This document shows positions 13,061-24,768 of a stretch of DNA of 64,000 nt, one piece after another. The notes below the pieces were generated by a model. That model saw only the letters and a program-made list of their open reading frames with translations, had not been told where the DNA came from and did not search any database. The number at the start of each line of letters is the position of its first letter. The first letter of the stretch is position 1. This DNA comes from Eledone cirrhosa (Eukaryota), in NCBI GenBank assembly GCA_964016885.1, contig OZ024742.1:271622001-271686000 (forward strand), in the 5' to 3' direction. The translations under genes were made by a program, and so were the position numbers.

Positions 13061-16000
13061 TTTTCTTTATTAACCACAAGGGTTTACATAAAGTAGACAT
13101 TAAGGACAGTACAGGACAATACAGGACGGTACAAATGGGCATTTCTGCGTGTAAACAAAAACAGAGGTTGAAATAAAATAACAAAGAAAAATTCCCCAAT
13201 AGGGGGGAGACTTCCGAGGGACATTTGTGGAGAAAGCCCATTAAAAGGCCACAGTGGCCCTGACCAACAGGGCAAGTGCCCTCTCCCAGTTTTCCACCTT
13301 TAATTTACAGACACATACTCAGAGAAGGCCCATTCATTCGGGCCATACTTGCTTCTCTCACCCATCTTTCAACAAAATGCTGGGAAGAGAGCACTTCCCT
13401 CTCTACCCTGATTTTCCTTTTCAAATGAAATTTGAAAAAGTTAATCAGGGCATCACCGAAGAGGTAAGTGCTCGTCTTCAGCTCCTTCAAACGTGTCCAC
13501 CATACTATCTCTTTCGCCATGGCCACCAGACAGATAAAAACTGCCTGCCCTTCCCGGCTAAAGGAAGGGGGCGGGGCAATCCTCACGATTTACTCAGCTG
13601 ATAGCTGGATCCATCCTACACGTGACAGCAGGTGTTCGACATAAACACACAGGTCAGCAATGCTCGGACACTGGACGAGTGCGTGCAGGACGGTTTCGTC
13701 GCCCTGCTCGCATCTCGGACATGCCCGGCTGACGGCACCTCCATGCCTGTAGAGTTTATCCCGAACTGGCAAAGCTCCTCGGTAGCACTGCCAGGCCAGG
13801 GATTTCTGGAAGTTGTCCATGGGCCCCGGCACGAAAGTCCTTCCGAAGAAATTGGCTAGTTGATTTTCGTCGACGCATAGAGTTTCTCCAAGTACGTCAT
13901 CGCTCTTCCCCTCCACTAATCCCCTATAGAACGCCAAGGTGGATTTTCCACCGATCACATTGCCAGATTGGCCGAGGGCTGTGAGCGCCTGAAGACATTC
14001 CAGTCTCCAAGCGCTCCCTCTCGGTCTTCGCTTGACCCAGGACTGCAGCTCCGTCAAGGAGACGAGCTGGAGAAAAACGTGTGTAGCAAACGGCGACCAC
14101 ACCTGATCACCGTCGAGGAAGAGGTGGAGATGTCGTAGCCTGAGCGCGTGTCTGCGCATCATCAGCCACGGCATGCCCAGCCCTCCACGTAGCGGGTGTT
14201 GACAGCAGATGGACCGCCTGACCATCGGAGCGCGTCCCTTCCACAAGAAGTGAAAGAGCAAACGCTCCAGCGCAGTCAGGCGGGGCTTAGGACAAGGTAC
14301 GACGGTCAGGCGGTAGTAGATGACGGATGCGATGTACGCATTCGCCACCTCCGCTCGACCTTTCAGGGATAGCTTCCTCTCGGCCCATTTCTGGGTGAGA
14401 GAAGCCACCCTGCTCGTCACCTCGTCCCAGTTTGTGTCCGTCTGGAGGTCTTGACCGAACCAGACCCCTAGCAATTTAACCGGTCCGTCCGTCCAGCGCC
14501 CGACGACGCTGTTGGACGGCATGGTCCTGCCTCTCCAGGTGCCGAGCTGCAGGCCCACTGACTTTTCCTGGTTGATCATTGCTCCTGTCACCGCTTCGTA
14601 TTCTCTTAGTGTAGTGCCGATCGCCTCGATGTGTTTGGCGTTCGACACCACTACGGTGACATCGTCGGCATATGCTGAAACGGATCTTCCGCTTCCTCGT
14701 TCGCGCGGGACGCCCCTCAACGTCTCCAGTTTGTGCAGTAATGGCTCGAGAGTCAATACGTACAATAGGGACGAGAGGGGACATCCTTGGCGGACCGAGC
14801 GCATGATGTTGAACGGTTCCGAAAGGTGACCGTTCACTCTCACTACAGAGGGGACGAAGCCCCTCAACGTCTCCAGTTTGTGCAGTAATTGCTCTAAATT
14901 GATCAAAGACCCACCCGTGCCAGGTTCCTAACTACCCTCTCTACGATGTATCGCATGAGGTAGAGGTTGTCGTGGATGGATCTGTCGGGAATGGCGCATG
15001 TTTGCGCCTCTCCCACCAGACCACCATCGACAAGCGCCAACCTCTTTGCTAGCACCTTGGCCAAAATCTTGAACTCTATGTTTAGCAGAGTTATGGGCCT
15101 AAGATTATCTATGTTATCCCCCTTGTTCGGATCCTTTCTCAGCAGCGCCACCGCTCCTCGGCTCACAGAGCTGGGAATTCTCCCGTTCTGTTGCCAGTTG
15201 CAGTAGACGTCCGCCAAGAGGCCTCCGAACAAGTTTGGCATTTGTACGTAAAGTTCATAGGGCAGACCATCCAAACCAGGCGATTTACCCCTTGTGCAAC
15301 TAGTCATTGCATCCCGTACTTCAGCGGTTGTTATCAGCTTTTCGCAACACTCCGCCTCAGTGGCCGAAAGCCGCGGCAGTCCGTCGAGGTAGACACTAAA
15401 GTCCATCCCTTGATCCGGCCCGCCACTGGCCCCGAGCAGTTGAGAGAAGTGTCGCTGAAAAGCTTCACACATTTGCCCGGGCCGAGTATCATGCGCCCGT
15501 CGTGGTCCACCAAAGACCGGATCGTGACTTTGTTGCCACGACGCGCCTCCGCCACTCGGGCCCATTGAACGGCTTTTGTCCCCTCGTGTCTGAGAGCACG
15601 CACCCTAGCTCTGACAACGCAGCCTTCGTGATTTGCATTGAAGAATTGGTCAAGGGCCAATTTCGCCGCAATACGTCGGTCGCGATGCCTTTGCTAAGCG
15701 CCTCATCTAATTCTCTAACTAATTCTCCCTCTGTTCTATTTTTCTCTATTGCTAAAGTCTTACTAAACCTAATGGACTCTATTCTAATTGCTCTTTTCAG
15801 AGCAAACCACCACTTGTTGTTGACGATGGCCCCCGTCAACGCCCGCTTAAATAGTTCGCTAATCCGGTCTCTGTAGGCCTTGCGCGCTGGTAAGGACGCG
15901 TTTAGCTTCCAGTAGCCGGGTCCTCGTCTATGAAGCCTATCTAAGTCAAGCACACAGATCACGAATTTGTGGTCCGTGTAGCTGACTATCTTGAATTGTG

Positions 16001-18769
16001 GACAGCCTATGCTAGACCTATCTATTTCCCTACAAAATACTCTATCTAGATATGATCTGGATGACCCTATGCGATTTGTCCAAGTCCACATTGGTACATT
16101 CGGGAAATCCATTCGGTACCTGTCAGACAGTTCAAAACGTCTGAGCAGGTTGGTGAGACTCTTGCACCCACCTTCCCTATCCGCTAATCCCACACAATCC
16201 CAGCGTGCATCTAAGATCCCGTTCCAGTCGCCCACTAACACTAAAGAGCGGGACGTTCCAAGAAAGTTCTCCAGACGCCGGAAGAAATCAGGCCGCCCTG
16301 CTCCTGTCGAGGCATAGACGGCCACTAACCTGAAAGCTTGGCCGTCTCCGCTGGTCACGTCCAGCACCACCAACTTACCTTCTGGGTCCAGGAAGATTGC
16401 CCGTATGGCAAGATCCAAACCTCTCCGAAAAAGCACAGCAACTCCCCCCACCCCCCGATCCCGGACGGCTGGGAGATGCGTACACATCGTAGCCGCCGAA
16501 GATCGGTGCGAAAGCCTGTGCTTCGGAGATTCTGGTCTCGCTGATGGCCACTACATCTATGTTTAGTGACCTGAGGTCGTTGAGCAGGTGGCCCTGCTTC
16601 CATGACGACCCCAAGCCACGCGCATTTATGCTGCCTATTCTGAGTGAGGTCATGTTGATAAGTAGTGGAAAAGATGGGAAAGACCACTTACCTTACTTCT
16701 CGTAGGGGAAGGACGGTTTTTCCATCCTTTTCACTGCTTGTGGCCTCCTCAGGAAGGATGTCCTTATAAATCCTCCTGGAGAGTGCTTGTCGGAAGTCTC
16801 CGATGTCTTTGGGGAATTTTTTTTAGTGTCATGTACGTTTTCTGTGTGATGCGAGTGATTTGTATGTGTGGAGGTGGTGTGAATTTTGGGGTTGTTGTGT
16901 AGTCTTTTTCTGTGATGCTGGTGTTGTGTTGGATGTAGTGTAATAATTGCTTGTTGTTCAAATTTAATGCTGTGTAGTGTGTATCGTTTTGGTTGTTTTG
17001 TTTTGTTTGAGTTTGTTGTGGGTTTGTTTCTGTTTCGCATTTTGGTGACTTTTGTGGTGTAGGTGATGGTGGTGTTGGGGTTAATGATGGTGATGGTGTT
17101 GGTGTTTGGGTTGATGGGTTGGTGATGCTGGTGTGGATGGTAGCATATCTGTCCTAACTTTTTTGTTTCTTAATTTATTTGTTTCCCTCTGTATTTTGTT
17201 TTTGGAGAGGGAAGGAAGAGAATTTTTTTCTTTTTGGGTTTCTTTTTTATTTTCCGGATATCGTTTCCCACTCCTCGTCGTCACAATCTATCTCCAGTTG
17301 TGATAGGCCGGGGAGTGGAAATTCTCCACAGCCGTTGTTGCTGTTATAGTTGCTTCTGTTGTTGCTGCTACAGTTGTTGCTGCCATCTCTGCTACTGCTG
17401 GTGTTGATGGTTGGGTCACTGGGGTGGGTAGGAGAAGTGGCCTCAACCTTTTAGCCTGAGGGCAGAAAGCCCTTAGGTGGGTTCCTTCACCACAAACGAC
17501 ACACCTAGGTCTTCTGCCCTCGACAATTACCGTGAGGTGGCTGCCGTCAGTGCGGTCTATTACCTCTGGTCTCTCCTCAATGCTTTTTTGGTCCGCTTGG
17601 ATCAGGAGCTCCATCCCAGATCCGGACCAGTTCTCCTGCTTTTCTTTTGCTATTGCTATTATTTTCGTGTTGGCTTCGAAGCCGGCGAGGACAGCCCCTA
17701 TTAGCCAGGGAATTTCGATGGCCGGTGGAACGTGGGTCACCCTGATCTTTACGAGTCTCTGGCCACAATAGCTTGGGACGAGTGTGAAGTCGTCACTTCT
17801 TAATGGGGCTATGGAGTGTCCTCTAGCCTCCTCTGGTGTTTCAAAGAACACGTCCATGGTTCCATACTTTTGCCCACGTCTGATGTGGGTTTTTCTTGCC
17901 CACACATGTCCCAAAGCGTTTTGGATTTGGGACTCGGATGCCCGTTCCACTCGGCGCGATTTTACATTTATTGTTCTATACGACATGGTGCATAGGCGCC
18001 GATGCTCCATTTTATTAGGGGGTGGGTGGGGGTGAGGCTGACCCTGTACCCATCTTTCTTTACCATTTGTTTGGCATTTTCTAAATCATCCTGAGTTACC
18101 GTAAATGCTTCGAACTGTTTTCCTACTCTGGCGAAACTGAGGGGGGGGGGGGGGGTTATAATGTCATTGTTGTTGTTGTTGCTATCGTTAATATTAATTT
18201 TAGTTTCAGTTGTGGTGGTGGTGACGTCAGTCGTCTTTGTTGGGGAAGAGTCCATTTTGCTTGATTTCATTTCGACATCACGAGTTAATTTATTTTTTTC
18301 TTCTTTTGTTTCTGTTGTCGCGGTGGTGGTGGTGGTGGTGGTTGTCGCGGTGGTGGTGGTGGTGGAGGCTTTAACACCTGCAGTCATTGGTAATGGCGGG
18401 AAATGAATGTCTGCCTGTGACATATTTAAAATATTGCTAGTGCTTATATTTTTTTTTTTTTGTGTTGGCAAACGTAGTAACATTTACAATGGTGGCGTCG
18501 GTGTGAGGTCTTAATTTATGAGGAAGGCTTTCAGCTGCTTCGTGCAGAGGTGAATTAGCCATTTTTTTCAAAGAAATTTTTTTGATAATAATAAAAGTTT
18601 AAATTTTGGGCACAAGGCCCCAATCATTTTGGATGTCCTTTTCGGAAAACAATGTATGTGCGCTTATAAACAGTTAACAATAAAATTTTCCATAAATGAC
18701 AATTTTAACAAACGGAAATAACAAACATTTGCGGAGCTCACGATGATACGATTTACTACGTAGGTCGCC
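13060..18769 (-). mobile_element. Tx1-type LINE, copy B2, essentially full length (ORF1 plus APE-RT ORF2, frameshifted)
   Basis: ORF1 with CCHC knuckle CVVCGEGTHLRAFC (17288-18010); ORF2 starts MTSLRIGS at 16653; GPGYWKLN, KSPGLDGLPYELY, YADD, CPRC...H...C; flanked by (AAT)n. Confidence 0.93.

Positions 18770-18822
<53 letters not shown>
18770..18822. repeat. (AAT)17 between the 5' end of Tx1 B2 and the 5' end of a Dong copy
   Basis: Perfect repeat at a head-to-head junction. Confidence 0.97.
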
Positions 18823-18823
<1 letters not shown>

Positions 18824-21495
18824 GATCTAGATTCTATAAGGGCAATAATATGTTCAAAAACAACCAAAGAAACTTCTACAGAAAAATTGTGAAGTCAACA
18901 ATAACTGCTAAATCAATACCACCCAAGGAGGAAGTGCAATAATTCTGGGAAAAGATCTGGGCCGAAGAAAAAGTTCATAACATACATGCCCCATGGATAG
19001 ACAGACAAATGAAAGATACAGCTCACCTTGAGGAACAAACATGGGAAAATATAACAGTTGAACAGTTGCGCTTGGCTCTAAGAAAAACCAGCAAATGGAA
19101 ATCCCCAGGAAAAGACAAAATACAAAACTTTTGGATAAATGACTTCACAGAGTCTCATGGGCTGTTAGCCCAACTTTACAATGAAATAGTTAAGGAGCCA
19201 GAAAAGATACCATCATGGCTAGTTAACGGCATTACATTCCTGCTTCCGAAGAATGATGAGACAAACAATCCCAAAAATTACAGACCGATAACTTGCTTGA
19301 TCACAATGTATGACATTTTAACATCAGTCCTAACTGAATACACATATGACCACCTGATAACAAATGACCTATTTCCCATTGAGAAGAAAGGGTGTAAACA
19401 AGGCTCATATGGCTGTAAGGATCAGCTTCTGGTTAACAAAATGATACTGGAAGATTGTCATAATATACACAAAAATCTATCGATTGCTTGGATAGATTAT
19501 AAAAAAGCATTCGATAGTTTGCCACACAGTTGGATTGAAAAATGGTTAGAGATTTTCAAAATATCCCCCGTTGTCAGGAGGTTTTTGTCATTCATTATGA
19601 AGACATAGAAAACGACACTCCTTTTGAATAGTGAAACAAAATCACTGGAAGCTGGAGAAGTTAATATTAATTGTGGAATTTTTCAGGGTGACTCTTTATC
19701 ACCACTTTTATTCTGCATCGCGCTTATACCATTAAGTAAAATGCTCAATGAAACAAAACATGGATATAAAGTCTATGACAAAACCATTAATCACCTGTTC
19801 TACATGGATGACCTGAAACTATTTGCAAAAAATGATGAACAATTGCAAGGGCTATTATCCACTATGAAGCAGTTCAGTGATGACATTAAAATGGAGTTTG
19901 GACTAGATAAATGCGCCAAAGCAACGTTCACCAGAGGAAAGCTGCTGAAGAGTTCAGACATTAATCTTGATCGGGGGAACGTGATAAGAGAACTTGATCA
20001 AGAAAACTCTTACAAATATCTAGGTGTTTGTGAAGGAGACGGAATCAAGCACTCGACAATGAGGGAAATGATAAGGAAGGAATGTTACCGCAGAGTAAGA
20101 GCAATCTTAAGAACGGAATTGAATGCAAGGAATAGGATCGATGCCATAAACACGCTTGCCATACCAGTAGTAACCTACAGTTACAATGTCATCAACTGGT
20201 CAAGCACAGAGATCCGTAGGCTCGATACAAAAATTCGAAAATTCTTAACCATGCACAGAATGCATCACCCTAAGGCAGATATAGATAGAATATATCTCCC
20301 TAGGAAAGAAGGAGGACGTGGGTTAATCCAGTTAGACATTGCGTTGAAAACTGCAACAATTGGATTATCTACATATCTAAGGGAATCACATGATTGGATG
20401 ATCAAACTCGTCTTGAAATACGAAAGCATCAAAAGATCATATTCCATTACAAAAGATGCACAAAGATACAGTAATGGACTACACATTTCAGAAGTCTCAT
20501 TTACTGCTGAAATGGAAAACACAGAAAAAGCAAAGCAGGTAAAAGTAACTGCAAAGAAAGAACTGCTACAGAAACTGGCTAAGAAATGGCAAGAAAAGCC
20601 TCTGTATGGAAAATACCCAGAGCGAGCTAACAATCCTGATGTTGACAAAACTTTAACCCATCAGTGGTTGGCATCCTCCGGACTGAAATCGGAGACTGAA
20701 GGACTGATTATATCGGCACAAGATCAGTGTCTGCCAACAAAAAATTACCAAGCCAACATAATAAAAAATGGATGCAGCCCATTATGCCGTGTATGCAAAA
20801 AACAACCAGAGACCATTGACCATATAATTTCAATGTGCAGTCCTATAGCTCCAACCGAATACCTAAACAGGCATGACAGAGCTGCACAATACATACATTG
20901 GATAATGTGTAAGCCTTTTGACCTGCCCCATCAAAAGAATTGGTGGGAGCATCAACCACCTCCCATACTTGAAAAAGATCACATCTCAATCTTGTGGAAT
21001 TTTAGCATCCAAACAGACCGAAAAATAGATGCAAATAGATCTGATATAATATTGAAGGACTTTCAAAAGAGGGTATGCCTGCTAATTGATATGTCTGTTC
21101 CAATAGACAAGAATGTATCTATAAAAACATTTGAAAAATTGAGCAAGTATAAGGACCTGGAGATAGAAATTGGAAAAATGTGGAAATTGAGAACTAAAAC
21201 AATGCCAGTGGTTGTAGGCGCTCTGGGAATGATACCTAAGGGGTCTAATGACTACTTATCGCAAATCCCAGGAAACCCGCGTATAGGAGAAATACAAAAG
21301 ATAGTACTAATGGAAACTGCCCATATACTAAGGAAGATTCTGTCAATATAAGTACATCACAAGCCTAAACACTAAAGATGCATGTGTGAATATGTATGTT
21401 CTTTCTTGAACATGGCGGACCTTGTTGTCTCTTGAGGTCACTGGTTGTGACTTGGTGATAACTCGTATGAACATAAAGCAAGATAAATGCAACTG
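18823..21495 (+). mobile_element. R4/Dong-clade element, family D2, copy a (5'-truncated, relatively young)
   Basis: ORFs 19009-19608 and 19624-21351 are in one frame, split by a single TAG; YRPITCL, QGDSLSP, YMDD, CRVC..ETIDHIISMC, RHD, NRSD..LIDMSVP..KLSKY; ends in (TAA)5. Confidence 0.95.
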
Positions 21496-21510
21496 TAATA
21501 ATAATAATAA

Positions 21511-22715
21511 TATCTCCCTAGGAAAGAAGGAGGACGTGGGTTAATCCAGTAAGACATTGCGTTGAAAACTGCAAAAATTGGATTATCTACATATCTAAGG
21601 GTATCACATGATTGGATTATCAAACTCGTTTTGAAACACGAAAGCATCAACATATCATACTCCATTACAAAAGATGCACACAGATACAGTAATGGGCTAC
21701 ACATTTCAGAAGTCCCGTTTACTGCTGAAATGGAAAACACAGAAAAAGAAAAGCAGGTAAAAGTAACTGCAAATAAAAAACTGCTACAGAAACTGGCTAA
21801 GAAATGGCAAAAAAAGCCTCTGTATGGAAAATACCCACAACGAGCTAACAATCCTGATGTTGACAAAACTTTGACCCATCAGTGTTTGGCATCCTATGGA
21901 CTGAAATCGGAGACTGAAGGACTGATTATATCAGCACAAGATCAGTGTCTGCCAACAAAAAATCACCATGCCAACATAATAAAAAATGTATGCAGCCCAT
22001 TATGCCGTGTATGTAAAAAACAACCAGAGACCATTGACCATATAATTTCAATGTGCAGTCCTATAGCTCCAACCGAATACCTAAACAGGCATGACAGAGC
22101 TGCACAATACATACATTGGATAATGTGTAAGAATTTTGACCTGCCCCATCAAAAGAATTGGTGGGAGTATCAACCACCTCCCATACTTGAAAAATATTAC
22201 ATCTCAATCTTGTGGAACTTTAGCATCCAAACAGACCGAAAAATAGATGCAAATAGATCTGATATAATATTGAAGGACTTTCAAAAGAGGGTATGCCTGC
22301 TAATCGATATGTCCGTTCCAATAGACAAGAATGTATCTATAAAAACATTTGAAAAATTGAGCAAGTATAAGGACCTGGAGATAGAAATTGGAAAAAATGT
22401 GGAAATTGAGAACTAAAACAATACCAGTGGTTGTAGGCGCTCTAGGAATGATACCTAAGGGGTCTAATGATTACTTATCGCAAATCCCAAGAAACCCGCG
22501 TATAGGAGAAATACAAAAGATAATACTAATGGGAACTGCCCATATACTTAGGAAGATTCTGTCAATATAAGTACATTACAAGTCTAAACACCTAAAGATG
22601 TATGTGTGAGTATGTATGTCCTTTCTTGAACATGGCGGACCTTGTTGTCTCTTGAGGTCACTGGTTGTGACTTGGTGATAACTCGTATGAATATAAAGCA
22701 AGATAAATGCAGCTG
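21511..22715 (+). mobile_element. R4/Dong family D2, copy b (3' 1.2 kb), tandem with copy a
   Basis: Near-identical to 20293-21495; (TAA)5 before and (TAA)7 after. Confidence 0.95.
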
Positions 22716-22737
22716 TAATAATAATAATAATAATAAT

Positions 22738-23141
22738 GATTTCTTTATTGGCCACAAGGGCTGACATCTATAAAAACATGACAGACGGCACAGGACGGTA
22801 CATACTGTACGATGTGGGTTTTGTGCGTGTAAATATTTTTATTATTTATATAAGAAAAGAAAAAAATGACATAGAAACATATATATATAAACAATAAATA
22901 TGAAAATTGAAACAATGAAAAATTCCACAATGAGGGGGAAACCTCCGAGGGTTACTCGTGGCGAAAACCACACAAAAGACCACGGCCACCCTGACCACCA
23001 GGGCAAGCGCCCTCTCTCAATGTTTATATTTCTCAAACTACACACGTATATTCAGAGCGTTCCCGTTCACTCGGACCATTCTCGCTACATTCACCCATTT
23101 TTCAACAAACTTGCTAGAAGGCAGCACTTGCCTCTTCACCC
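22738..23141 (-). mobile_element. Tx1 3'-end fragment (C subfamily)
   Basis: Reverse complement closely matches ~28690-29076; 3' end abuts the (TAA)n tail of D2b. Confidence 0.88.
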
Positions 23142-23203
23142 GGCGTGTAAAAAACAAAAAAAAAAACAGAGTATGTAATAAAAATAATAATAATAATAAT
23201 AAT

Positions 23204-23298
23204 TGTTTCTACTTTTGGTACAAGGCCAGCAATTATCCAGTACATTACTGGTACTTTATGTTATCGACCCCGTAAGGATGAAAGGCAAATGTAACCTT
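23204..23298 (-). mobile_element. 5'-truncated SINE
   Basis: Reverse complement of the SINE core and 3' end, abutting (AAT)n at 23183-23203. Confidence 0.85.
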
Positions 23299-23313
23299 AA
23301 CGTTAATAATAAT

Positions 23314-23485
23314 GCTTTCTTTATTAACCACAAGGGTTTACACAAAGTAAAACTTTAAGGACAATACTGGACAATAGGTACAATACAGGTCGGTACAAAT
23401 GGGCATTTCTGCGTGTAAAAAAAACAAAAAAAACAAAAAACAGGGGATGTAATAATAAAAGAAACAATGAAAAATTCCCCAATAG
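23314..23485 (-). mobile_element. Tx1 3'-UTR fragment (B subfamily)
   Basis: Matches 13060-13202; preceded by short (AAT)n. Confidence 0.85.
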
Positions 23486-24736
23486 TTTACGGTAAACACA
23501 GAAATTGATACAACAAAACCATTACAAACAACGTGAACAAAATTAGCAAGGACAACAACACTAAGAACACTAATTAAAAATAATATAACCAAACCCAACA
23601 ACAGTAACAGCGACAACCAAAATATAGACAACAGATAAAATGACAACAAAAGCAACAACGATATTAACACCAAGAAAAGAAATAGCGACAACACCAACAT
23701 CAACAATACTGATTGCACGGAGAACAACATCAACGGCGGCACCAAAAACACAACCAACTGCAACAGACATAACCGCATCAACAACAAGACCAGTAGCAGC
23801 AGTAGTGGCGACAACAAAGATGCCATCAACAAAGGGACCATCTCTTTTGCAAAAGTGGCTCGTAGCAACAGTCCTGGTCAAGAGGAGGAGCTGGTGGTCG
23901 CATGACACATGGTAACCAGAATGAGTTTCCAGTGTCCTTGAAACCACCAACCGACTTCCCAGTGGAACAAGAGCGATGCACAGTGCCATACCGCACAATT
24001 GCCATGAAATCGTGTCGTGTAGAGAGAGCCACGGAGGCCCAAATTCAGAAGACCTTGGGAACTCTGTGGACACATAAAACCCACATCACCCGAGTCAATT
24101 AGTATGCTACCATGGACGTCCTTTTTTCTACCACCCAGGAAGAAGAATCGTACTCACTGAGGGCCCTACGGTGAGATGACATAAAATTAGTCCCGTTTTA
24201 CTGTGGGAAGAAAATTGCAAGGCCAGAGTAAACCAGTTCCCGCCCTACGTACCCGTGCCTTGGGTGGTTCTGTCTGTTCTTGGGGGCATCGAGGATAGAA
24301 CAACCATTCTGCAAGTATAGAAGTTGGGGAGAGAGAACTGGTCCGGTATTGGAATGGAAATGCTCATCCAAACCGACAAGGACGGCATCAGCTCTATTCC
24401 TGATGTAATAGGCCTCGGGAATCACTCCCAACTTCTCATGTCTGTTGAAGGAAGGCGTCCAAATTGCTTCAACTGTGGATCGAAGTCTCACCTCCTGGCT
24501 TTCTGCCCACAGAAAATAACAAAGGTGAAGGTCCCCCTCCTTCCAATGCTGAAACCGCTGCCATCAGAAACAGAGCAGTCAGCAAAAATGTCGGGAGATT
24601 CTACAGAGAGTAGGTGGACAACGTCCGTTGCACCCACATCTAAGCCACGGACAACTAAAACAACGGCGGCAAATGCAGCAACAAAAACAGTTGCACTAGC
24701 TTCACCTGTGCCAAGAACGGCTGACCAGGCTCCACC

Positions 24737-24768
<32 letters not shown>

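Noticed and set aside
8571-16544. Numerous antisense ORFs over Tx1 ORF2
   Set aside because: Expected shadows of GC-rich coding sequence, with no recognisable domains.
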